Program-made: the position numbers and the translations under genes
IMG/VR virus record: IMGVR_UViG_3300010397_000052
Location: 1 to 52,821 of that record
DNA length: 52,821 nucleotides
Direction: 5' to 3' (one strand)
From: a virus
Taxonomy: Duplodnaviria; Caudoviricetes
Part shown: piece by piece, positions 8,960 through 16,559 of the stretch
Position numbering within the stretch: position 1 is the stretch's first letter
Layout: each line of letters opens with the position of its first letter
Notes under the pieces: model-generated
What the model saw: only the letters and a program-made list of their open reading frames with translations
The model's database searches: none
What the model was told of the DNA's origin: nothing

Positions 8960-9281
8960 CTCAGGGCTGTTTCTGCCGGATATCGCGCACGATCGGCAGA
9001 GGGGTGACAAAGAGAAACCGGCTCATGCTCTGGTGATCGCCGTTGGGCCTTGGCGCAAAGCCAAAAACGGATATTCGATCCTCCCTGAGATTAAGCCTGG
9101 AGACAAAGTTTTGGTGTCGTTTTACGCCGGGCAGAAGCTCACTCGTTCAATCGGATCCCACCTGCGCCTGTGCTCCATCGATGACGTCCTTGCCGTCCTG
9201 CAGCCTCAGACCAAAGCGGAAAGGTTGGACGCAAATCGGGAGGCGATCCTCGATGCCGTTTTTGCGCCGCTTGAAAAATAG
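8883..9281 (+). CDS. groES: GroES/Cpn10-like co-chaperonin
   Basis: IRPL...ETTDSGLFLPD...KEKP..A.VIAVGP...IKPGDKVL..Y.G....DDVLAVL. Confidence 0.88.
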   Translation: METQRTIRPLSCQCLLQILPHRETTDSGLFLPDIAHDRQRGDKEKPAHALVIAVGPWRKAKNGYSILPEIKPGDKVLVSFYAGQKLTRSIGSHLRLCSIDDVLAVLQPQTKAERLDANREAILDAVFAPLEK

Positions 9282-9284
9282 CTC

Positions 9285-9482
9285 TTGACCCTCTCACCCT
9301 CCCGAGAGTATTGGTTCCCGCGATCAGTGAATTGCGCGAGCCCCGGTCACTCGCAAGTCCAGTGCGACTCAGGACTCTAAAAAAGCAGCCGCTAAGCTCC
9401 CACCGGGAGTCACCCGCCTGATAGGACGGAGAGTTAAGCAAACGTCCGTTAACCTTTAACGTCCGATCAAAATTTTAGTTTT
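9285..9482 (+). promoter_or_regulatory. Candidate late promoter and multi-hairpin 5' leader of capsid gene
   Basis: TTGACC-N18-TATTGG. Hairpins GCGAG/CTCGC, AGTCC/GGACT, CTCCC/GGGAG, GGACG/CGTCC. AT-rich start context. Confidence 0.45.
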
Positions 9483-11030
9483 ATGGCACTCAGTTGCAAA
9501 CAGTTCACGGATTACCTGAGCCGGAAGTCCGAACACCTTGACGATAATATCATCCTTTCGATGCACCCGATCGACACTTGGATCGGGCACGTTTCGATCG
9601 GCCGCTTTGCGGCAGAGGATGGCGTTGAACACACTTTCGATCGTTTCGAGAATGTTTTCCCTGATCTCCGCGGAGCCTGGGAGGACGTTTCGGCCGGCAG
9701 TTGCATTGGCCAGCCTTGCGACCCGTCGACCACAAAGATCGGCTTGGGCTTCACCCGAGACAGCTACAAGCTGCAGCGCAAGTCCTACGAAACTGATCTC
9801 TTCTGTTTCGACCAGATTCTTTCCGCCGATCGCGCCAAACAGCAGTTTGCCCACGTCATCAGGGTTAACCGGCGCGCCTCTTCGCTGATCACCTCGCACC
9901 GGTTCCGGACGGAGGCGATTCGCATCGCCAAATACAAATGGGCGACGGCCAACAATACGCTGGTTCCCATTACTGCGACCTGGGATAGCACCATGACCTT
10001 TTTGACGGTTTCAACTTTGCCAACCAGCAAGATCACCGCTCGCCACCTGCAACGGCGCGTCCAGCCTCAGATCCGCGAAGGCGCGCTCTCTGAGGACATC
10101 AATCGTTCCGTTCAACCCATGCTCGAGTTTGTAACCGATATGGATGAAGTCTGGAACATGGTTGAGGGCAACCCCGAGCTAACCGATCACTGGCGCTTCA
10201 CGGACTTTGCTGACGCTGAGAAGTACCACAAATACGGATGGGTTGGGAAGCTGGGCAACTATGGTTTGCGCGCTGATTGGACTTCGCTCCGGTTCAACGT
10301 GTATTCGCAGAATGCGGACGGCACTACGACCCTGCAGATCGTCTACCCGTACACCAATGTTTCGGCCACGGAAGGCATTAAAGAAGTTGTGAATAACGAC
10401 TACGATAACGCCTATATCCAAGTCGACTTCATTTGGCACCGCAAAGCGATGACGTCCATGGTGCAGGACACCACGTCGATCAATCCGGAGATGCCTTTCG
10501 CCATGCGCGACTTTGCCGGAAAGTGGCAATTCGTGATGGATAACCTTACCTGTGGCACGGACGTAAACGGCAACCCGATCGCCGTGAACAACGAGCGCCG
10601 CAACAAGGGCAAATTCATCGCTGATTGGCGCTTTGCCACTCAGGCGGAATATCCTGAGCTCGCAGAAGCATTTTTCCACCTGCGCGAGCCGGCTTGCGTT
10701 GTGGACGTGCCCACCTGTAGCAGCGGCTCATACCCTGCGCAGAGCTACTCGAGCGCAAATGCTACCTGCCCCTCGAGCTCTACGGTCCTCACCTTTACGC
10801 CAGTGGCCAGCGGCTCCGGCGACTATGATATTCCGCAGGATTCGATCCTGTGCAACGGGTTGAACATATTCAATCCGCGCATCTACGGCGTAAGCACCCT
10901 GGCGCTGCTCGTTGCCTCGCTAAACACCAATCTCTCAGCAATGGGAACTTGGGCTGTCGCCAGCGCGACTACGATCACCCTCACCGGGGCGGTTTGCACC
11001 TCCGTCAATATCCCCTGGACGGTTGACTAA
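9483..11030 (+). CDS. Major capsid protein with Ser/Thr/Cys-rich C-terminal extension
   Basis: 515 aa, downstream of scaffold and GroES, with its own leader and 3' hairpins. Assigned mainly by synteny. Confidence 0.78.
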   Translation: MALSCKQFTDYLSRKSEHLDDNIILSMHPIDTWIGHVSIGRFAAEDGVEHTFDRFENVFPDLRGAWEDVSAGSCIGQPCDPSTTKIGLGFTRDSYKLQRKSYETDLFCFDQILSADRAKQQFAHVIRVNRRASSLITSHRFRTEAIRIAKYKWATANNTLVPITATWDSTMTFLTVSTLPTSKITARHLQRRVQPQIREGALSEDINRSVQPMLEFVTDMDEVWNMVEGNPELTDHWRFTDFADAEKYHKYGWVGKLGNYGLRADWTSLRFNVYSQNADGTTTLQIVYPYTNVSATEGIKEVVNNDYDNAYIQVDFIWHRKAMTSMVQDTTSINPEMPFAMRDFAGKWQFVMDNLTCGTDVNGNPIAVNNERRNKGKFIADWRFATQAEYPELAEAFFHLREPACVVDVPTCSSGSYPAQSYSSANATCPSSSTVLTFTPVASGSGDYDIPQDSILCNGLNIFNPRIYGVSTLALLVASLNTNLSAMGTWAVASATTITLTGAVCTSVNIPWTVD

Positions 11031-11035
11031 ACACT

Positions 11036-11129
11036 TTCCCCACTTGCTGGCGGTAAGAGCGTGCCAGTGAGTGGGGAATGTTGGGTTGGAGTGGCGCGGC
11101 TCCCCTAACTCGGGAAGTGGGGGAGCCGC
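11036..11129 (+). other. Two strong stem-loops after capsid gene (terminator, processing or stabilising element)
   Basis: 16-bp stem 11036-11051/11063-11078 (2 G-U pairs) and 10-bp stem 11096-11105/11120-11129. No U-tract follows. Confidence 0.65.
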
Positions 11130-11153
11130 ATCCCCTCTCGAAAGTAAATCCTT

Positions 11154-11492
11154 ATGAAAGACACAGAGACGATGGACGAAGGGATGGACTCGCTTTATGG
11201 CGACGAAAAACCGGCCGCTAAAAGCAGCACCCCCGAAACGATCGACGAAAAGGAGCGGGAGGAAAACGCCGATACGGATATTCTCAAAACTGCGGTCCTT
11301 CAAACGGGCCCTGATGACAAAGTTGAGCCAGGGGATACGCGCACGGTCAAGGTTCTGGAAGTCTACGGCGAGACTTGCAAAGTCATGTGCGCGCCCAAAG
11401 AAAAGGAAACCCCTGAGGAGGAGGCGAGCCCCAACGAAGAAATCGATTCTATGAGCGCCGCTCACGATGAAGCGGGAGGCGCGCAGTATTAG
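11154..11492 (+). CDS. Acidic hypothetical protein
   Basis: D/E-rich 112-aa ORF with AT-rich start context in the structural operon. Confidence 0.7.
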   Translation: MKDTETMDEGMDSLYGDEKPAAKSSTPETIDEKEREENADTDILKTAVLQTGPDDKVEPGDTRTVKVLEVYGETCKVMCAPKEKETPEEEASPNEEIDSMSAAHDEAGGAQY

Positions 11493-11525
11493 TGCCAGTT
11501 AATCCGAAAATCTGAGACATAAAAT

Positions 11526-11903
11526 ATGAGCTTAGCAAATTGTAACCTGAGCACACTGCAGACGGCCGCGAAGTGCTACGACTGTCTGAGCGCCACTGAA
11601 AAGCAGGCGCTAAAAGTGCGGTTCATGGCGGAGTTGTACAAAAAAGTTAGCGGCGTAGACCTGACAAACATCAATACCCTCAAGCGCACCGTTGCTTGCA
11701 TCGGGTGCGAGCCAGATTTCACCCTGGGCTCAATGGAGGTGGCGCTGTGGAAGAATGCGGCGGAAGTCGCCGGAGTTTCCATCCCGGCTACCATCCAGGC
11801 GCAGCGCGCCTTGATCTCCTGCGTCCCTTGCGGAGAGCAGAAATGGGCTCGAGCGGCAGAGGTTTATCTGCTCTGCCAACTCAGCCGGCGCACCATCAGC
11901 TAA
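11526..11903 (+). CDS. Cys-rich repeat protein (three ~41-aa CxxC repeats), probable virion protein
   Basis: AAKCYDC, VACIGC and ISCVPC at regular spacing. Ends EVYLLCQL. Confidence 0.75.
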   Translation: MSLANCNLSTLQTAAKCYDCLSATEKQALKVRFMAELYKKVSGVDLTNINTLKRTVACIGCEPDFTLGSMEVALWKNAAEVAGVSIPATIQAQRALISCVPCGEQKWARAAEVYLLCQLSRRTIS

Positions 11904-11912
11904 GGTTAGCCC

Positions 11913-14417
11913 ATGGCTACCTGCTCGCCTCAGGCTTTGCCTCGAGAGTCGACGTGCTTTCACTGCATTCCCCCGCTTGAAAAGCACGTCCTCAAACTCT
12001 ATTTGCTGAACCTGCAGGCAGGCACATTCACGGCGCGGCAACTCTCCGTAGGGGCTACGCCTTTCCGGCCGATCTCAGGGCATCTCGCCCTGGCGGCCAA
12101 GGTTTACCTGTTGACTGTGATCAACGGGCTTTCCTTGTCCCCGAGCGCCCTCGAGGCGAGCGCCGCCTGTTACCAGTGCATCCCGAACAGCGCTCGCCTT
12201 GACGTCGAAACCTATCTCCTGGCCGTCAATGCTGGCGGCTCCCTCAATCCGGCGACACTGACCGGCCAGATCGGCCCTTACAAATCGCTGTTTCCGATTC
12301 GTGATCAAGTTGAGCTTTACCTGCTCAACATTTTGGCTGGCACTCTCTCAATCGCGGCGATCATGGCTGGCGCGAAATGCCTTACCTGCCTGAGCACCGG
12401 CCGCCTCGAGGAGATTTACATCAAGCTCCTGTGCATGGGCACTGGCGGAACTGGTTGCGTAGACGTTGCCGCCTCTCTGGTGCCTGTGATCACGGGTATT
12501 TATGACCCTGACTTGCATACGCTGATCGCTCTGAACATCGTTTTTCCTAAGGTGTGCTGCTCGCCAAGCGGATACCGGATCATCGCGCAAAACGGGCTCA
12601 CGCTGCAGACCGGCACAATTTCGGCCGCGCACGCAGGGGAAACCAATTACACGCTGCTCAATGTCGACGTGACTGGGATCCTGCTCCCTTACACTAGCCT
12701 GACCGTTAAGCAGGTTTGCTCCGGAGGGACACTCAGCGGCGGATCAAATAGCGTCGACTTTGACGAGCCTCTGGATCCTGTTGTGGTGGATTGGGCGGCG
12801 CGAGTAGTGATCAACGGCGGAGCCGCACCCTCCGTCAATAGCAAGTACGCATCCAACACCTTTATAGGCGCGCTGAGGACGGCCGGGATCTTCAGCAAGA
12901 TGAAAACGATCAACATGGTTGCTCCGGACAACCTGATCGCCGCAGAGACTCCGCTCATAGTTGGCCCTGGCCTTGATCCCTGGCCCGATGTTGGCGCATC
13001 AAATTTTGTCGCTGCGGATCTCTCCCTTTACGGGCTGGCTTGCGACGGCACCAAGGCGCTCAATACCGGAGTTGGCGGCACTCAATTGAGCCTCGCCAGC
13101 GCAGGACTGACAATCGTTGCCTCGATACTCGATCCTAATCCGACCCTCACGCTGCGGTACGATATGGGCTATCTGAATGCGGCCGCGCAAGAGTATATGT
13201 TTGTGGCGGCAGATCAGAACTCGGGCGGCGTAGTTGGGCACGCAGGCGGCTCGAGTTTCAGCAGCGGTTTGATCACCAACACCGGAGCGGCTGACTCTTT
13301 TGCGGGTTACGTCTCTTACAATCGCACCTCAGTCGTGAGGGCGGATCTGTATTGGGCAAATAATGACGTTGCCCACTCCTCGATCGGGAACAACACCAAC
13401 AATCAGACTCTCGGGCTCAGCGCAGCGCCGATTTATTTCGGAGCCGTGCGCGACTCAGCCGGAGGGGCAATCCCGTACTACAGCAAGAACACACTCTCTT
13501 TTGCCGCGGTTCATGACGGGTTGACGGCCGCGGAGTCACTGGCCTTTTTCAATGCGGTTAATGCTCTCCGAACAAGTTTCGGCGGAGGCTGGGGGGACAT
13601 TGGCGATTCTTACGTTGGCAGTTGGTCAAACCGGATCGTAGCGGCCGGAGGCGTGACGCCAGGGGCAGCCAGCAAGAGCGCCGTTCACACCTTGGCCACG
13701 GACCTTTGGTCTGCAGGTATCATCAGAAAGATTTTGCACGCTATCCCGTTGGTTTCTGACAGCCTGATCGCGGCCATTACCCCGATCTTTTACAACGGGG
13801 TAGGAAATGCCTCCTGGGCCAATACCAATTTCATCCTCGCAGATCTCACAGCCAACGGGCTCCTGGGAGCAGCTACCAAATTTCTCAATACTGGCTTTAT
13901 CCCCAATGCTTCCGGCGCTGGCTTAACCGATGGCAGCGCCGGCTTGATCGTTTACACGCACACAAACAATGCAGTTGGGGTGCAGCATGAGATCGGAGTT
14001 TATTGGGCTGCCTTCCAATCCTTCTTTGGGTTGCTCACGGATTACAATGCCGGCAACACAGAGGGCGCAGCCTGGATGTACAGCGGAAACGACAATATCA
14101 GCACGGTCACCCCTGCCAGCTTGACCGGTTATTACGCTTTCCAGCGCACGACAACCTCACGCGCTGACATTTACTTTGCGCGATCGAACGTGGCGCACTC
14201 CTCGATCGCCAACTCAGTTGGGCTGATCGGAGGCACGGCTGCAGACAAAGCCCTTTTCGCTTTTGGTGCCAATAACAACGGCGGAGGCGTTACCGGCGAA
14301 TCACTCAAGCGCCTCTCGTTCATCGCGATCACCACGGGGCTTTCATCAGCAGAATCAGCTTTGGCTTACACCGCGATTCAAGCTTTCCGGACGGCGCTGG
14401 GCGGAGGAGCAGTCTGA
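11913..14417 (+). CDS. Virion appendage/fibre protein: N-terminal CxxC-YLL repeats plus two tandem lectin-like (LamG/ConA-like) domains
   Basis: Five ~40-aa repeats, then two ~270-aa repeats starting W..R.V..GG..P and ending GL.AAES.A...A..A.RT..GGG. Confidence 0.7.
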   Translation: MATCSPQALPRESTCFHCIPPLEKHVLKLYLLNLQAGTFTARQLSVGATPFRPISGHLALAAKVYLLTVINGLSLSPSALEASAACYQCIPNSARLDVETYLLAVNAGGSLNPATLTGQIGPYKSLFPIRDQVELYLLNILAGTLSIAAIMAGAKCLTCLSTGRLEEIYIKLLCMGTGGTGCVDVAASLVPVITGIYDPDLHTLIALNIVFPKVCCSPSGYRIIAQNGLTLQTGTISAAHAGETNYTLLNVDVTGILLPYTSLTVKQVCSGGTLSGGSNSVDFDEPLDPVVVDWAARVVINGGAAPSVNSKYASNTFIGALRTAGIFSKMKTINMVAPDNLIAAETPLIVGPGLDPWPDVGASNFVAADLSLYGLACDGTKALNTGVGGTQLSLASAGLTIVASILDPNPTLTLRYDMGYLNAAAQEYMFVAADQNSGGVVGHAGGSSFSSGLITNTGAADSFAGYVSYNRTSVVRADLYWANNDVAHSSIGNNTNNQTLGLSAAPIYFGAVRDSAGGAIPYYSKNTLSFAAVHDGLTAAESLAFFNAVNALRTSFGGGWGDIGDSYVGSWSNRIVAAGGVTPGAASKSAVHTLATDLWSAGIIRKILHAIPLVSDSLIAAITPIFYNGVGNASWANTNFILADLTANGLLGAATKFLNTGFIPNASGAGLTDGSAGLIVYTHTNNAVGVQHEIGVYWAAFQSFFGLLTDYNAGNTEGAAWMYSGNDNISTVTPASLTGYYAFQRTTTSRADIYFARSNVAHSSIANSVGLIGGTAADKALFAFGANNNGGGVTGESLKRLSFIAITTGLSSAESALAYTAIQAFRTALGGGAV

Positions 14418-14419
14418 TT

Positions 14420-14869
14420 TCACTTATCGTGAATCTTATGCCATTCCTCACCATAAAATCTTGGAGGCGGACTACGCATTCCCTTTCGTCCCTGATCGGC
14501 ATTGTTTTCGATTACAGTACCAAGCCAGAGATGGGCAGGATTTATGCACGCCGCGCAATCCCGCGACGGTCGACAATCGTGAAGGACGCATTTGCCTTCT
14601 GGAATCTCCCCGAAATGAATAAGCCAACTGGCGCGATGCGCTTTGATCATCCCCGGAAATCTAAAGCCCCTCGAGATCTGGCCGTAGCCTTTTCCATTTT
14701 TAGAGCCAGTCCAGAGCCAGCAATGATCGGTTTTGTTAACAAATTTCCAGAACCTCTCTACGAAGTTTTCAGAAAGCCCGTGCGCCGCCAAAATCGGATT
14801 GGGATGAGGAAAGCCTTTGCCTCGAATGCTCTTGCGCCTGAAATGAGTGCGTTTAGGATGGTTTTGCAT
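14420..14869 (-). CDS. HNH endonuclease (HNH_3/zinc-binding-loop type), antisense insertion
   Basis: RFW..V.K...CWLWTG...KGYGQI...AHRASW..H.G.IP.G..VLH.C....CINPAHLWLGT..EN..D..RKG. Confidence 0.92.
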   Translation of the reverse strand: MQNHPKRTHFRRKSIRGKGFPHPNPILAAHGLSENFVERFWKFVNKTDHCWLWTGSKNGKGYGQISRGFRFPGMIKAHRASWLIHFGEIPEGKCVLHDCRPSRDCAACINPAHLWLGTVIENNADQGRKGMRSPPPRFYGEEWHKIHDK

Positions 14870-15016
14870 AAGTCAGATAGTTTGATTTGTGCCACGCTCC
14901 GAACTGTTTCAGCAGTGTCGGGGCATTTCCATTTTCAGGAATCCGTCTTTGCAGGTCAAGGCGTATAGGGTCATTGCCTTAGGAGCAAATAATCAGAATG
15001 AGCGTAAAATTCGAGA

Positions 15017-15109
15017 ATGACTCAGTGGCACAACGAAATGCTGACGCTGATCTTTTGGCTCCGGCTGGGGGCTATCGTGATCACTGCGTTCTTCATCGTA
15101 TTCCCGTAA
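15017..15109 (+). CDS. 30-aa single-TM peptide (not in ORF track)
   Basis: MTQWHNEMLTLIFWLRLGAIVITAFFIVFP at the head of the membrane-protein cluster. Confidence 0.4.
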   Translation: MTQWHNEMLTLIFWLRLGAIVITAFFIVFP

Positions 15110-15130
15110 GGTTCCCTTACTCTTGCGCTC

Positions 15131-15427
15131 ATGGCTACTGAGCGTACAAGAGAACTGAGGGAGTGGGCGACTTTCGCTCTGTCTCTCCTGACCCTGATTG
15201 GCATCCCTTGCGGCTTGCTGATTCTGCGCAACAGCCGTCTCGAAACCCGAGAGGAGATGCGCCTTGGCTACGTCTCGATCGAGGTGTATCACAATGACCT
15301 TGCTCGCCGGGATGCTGAGATTGCGCGGCGCGATGCCGATAACGCAGTAATCAGCGCCAAAATCGATCGCCTTACCATCTCCGTAGCGAGGCTCACAGAC
15401 GCGGTTAAGCTCAAGGATCCCCCATGA
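15131..15427 (+). CDS. Membrane protein with C-terminal coiled coil (holin/lysis-module-like)
   Basis: One N-terminal TM segment followed by a heptad region. Confidence 0.55.
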   Translation: MATERTRELREWATFALSLLTLIGIPCGLLILRNSRLETREEMRLGYVSIEVYHNDLARRDAEIARRDADNAVISAKIDRLTISVARLTDAVKLKDPP

Positions 15428-15735
15428 GCATCCTGGCGGCCGCGCTCCTCATAGGTGCGGTTGCGCTCTGGCTGCTCGATATCGGGATCGCTGCGTGGAA
15501 AACCGTTAATGAAAGATTTAATGAGAGCAACCTCCGCGGGGATCATCGCTTACCGGATAGCGATACTGTACGGCTGCCTTTTCTCCGCCAACTCCCTCCT
15601 AGATGCGTTCATAATCGGATTTCTGAACGTGAGTTGGAGCCAGTTGGACACAACGAGCAAGGCGCTTTTGATAGCGGCGATTGCCAAAAATTGGACAAGC
15701 ACGATGCTCGCTTACTGCTCCAAAGCAGTCGCTAA
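15424..15735 (+). CDS. Possible overlapping TM protein
   Basis: ATGA coupling and hydrophobic N-terminus, but overlaps 15509-15847 extensively. Confidence 0.3.
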   Translation: MSILAAALLIGAVALWLLDIGIAAWKTVNERFNESNLRGDHRLPDSDTVRLPFLRQLPPRCVHNRISERELEPVGHNEQGAFDSGDCQKLDKHDARLLLQSSR

Positions 15736-15847
15736 CGCGGCTCGAGGGAGGCTCCCGATGGCTTTGGACACTGGCGACACCCGGGAATTTTCCTTGCGGC
15801 AAACGACAATCACGGCGCAGACTCCGGCAGAAACGGCAAAAACATGA
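15509..15847 (+). CDS. Holin-like membrane protein
   Basis: Two hydrophobic segments and a polar tail. ATGA coupling to the next gene. Confidence 0.5.
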   Translation: MKDLMRATSAGIIAYRIAILYGCLFSANSLLDAFIIGFLNVSWSQLDTTSKALLIAAIAKNWTSTMLAYCSKAVANAARGRLPMALDTGDTREFSLRQTTITAQTPAETAKT

Positions 15848-16317
15848 AAAATTTCAAACTGTCCAGATTACTCATTCCCTTCAGTGGCGCGATCACTGGA
15901 ATCGCCTTTGGCTGGCTCATTGCCTCCTGCATTCTCCCATTGTTTACCGGCTGTGCGACACTGGATCCCAACGCCGATCCGTTTGTGGTCCGCACTGAGC
16001 AGGTTCAAAAGCAGGCTGATGCTACCTTTGATTTCCTCCTGGGCGTGGACAACGCCGATCGCGGTTTCTGGCGCACCAATGCACCCGCCTTTCACAATTT
16101 CTGCGAGTACCTCCGCACGCCGATCCCGGTATCGCCAACGCACAACTCGCCGCGAATCCTGGCGATTGAGCGCAACGTGCAAGATCTCAAGGTTCAGTAC
16201 AAAGACAACCGGAGCGCCGGCAACTCCAACCTGCTCTATCAAATAAGCTCTGAACTGAGGCTCTTGGTCCTGCAGGGCAACTCATGGTCTAACATCGTTT
16301 CAACTCCTAACCGCTAA
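15844..16317 (+). CDS. Putative lipoprotein
   Basis: Basic N-terminus, hydrophobic stretch and LFTG-C lipobox. Confidence 0.6.
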   Translation: MKNFKLSRLLIPFSGAITGIAFGWLIASCILPLFTGCATLDPNADPFVVRTEQVQKQADATFDFLLGVDNADRGFWRTNAPAFHNFCEYLRTPIPVSPTHNSPRILAIERNVQDLKVQYKDNRSAGNSNLLYQISSELRLLVLQGNSWSNIVSTPNR

Positions 16318-16323
16318 TTGTTT

Positions 16324-16533
16324 ATGGAAGCTGCAGGCTTAATCCAAATTGGACTCCAAGTGCTCCCGTTGGTGACAACCGGAGTTACTGAGTTTATTGC
16401 ATGGCTCGAGGCTCTACGCACCAACCTGAGACAATCGGGAGAATGGACTGCGGAGCAGGATGCCGCTTTTACCGCAGCGCTCGCGGCGAAAGAAAACGAT
16501 CCCCGTTACCAGCAAGACACGCCACCCGCCTAA
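16324..16533 (+). CDS. Small hypothetical protein
   Basis: Amphipathic N-terminus. Tiles after the lipoprotein gene. Confidence 0.6.
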   Translation: MEAAGLIQIGLQVLPLVTTGVTEFIAWLEALRTNLRQSGEWTAEQDAAFTAALAAKENDPRYQQDTPPA

Positions 16534-16559
16534 TTGCTTCCCGGCAACGAGAATGACGC

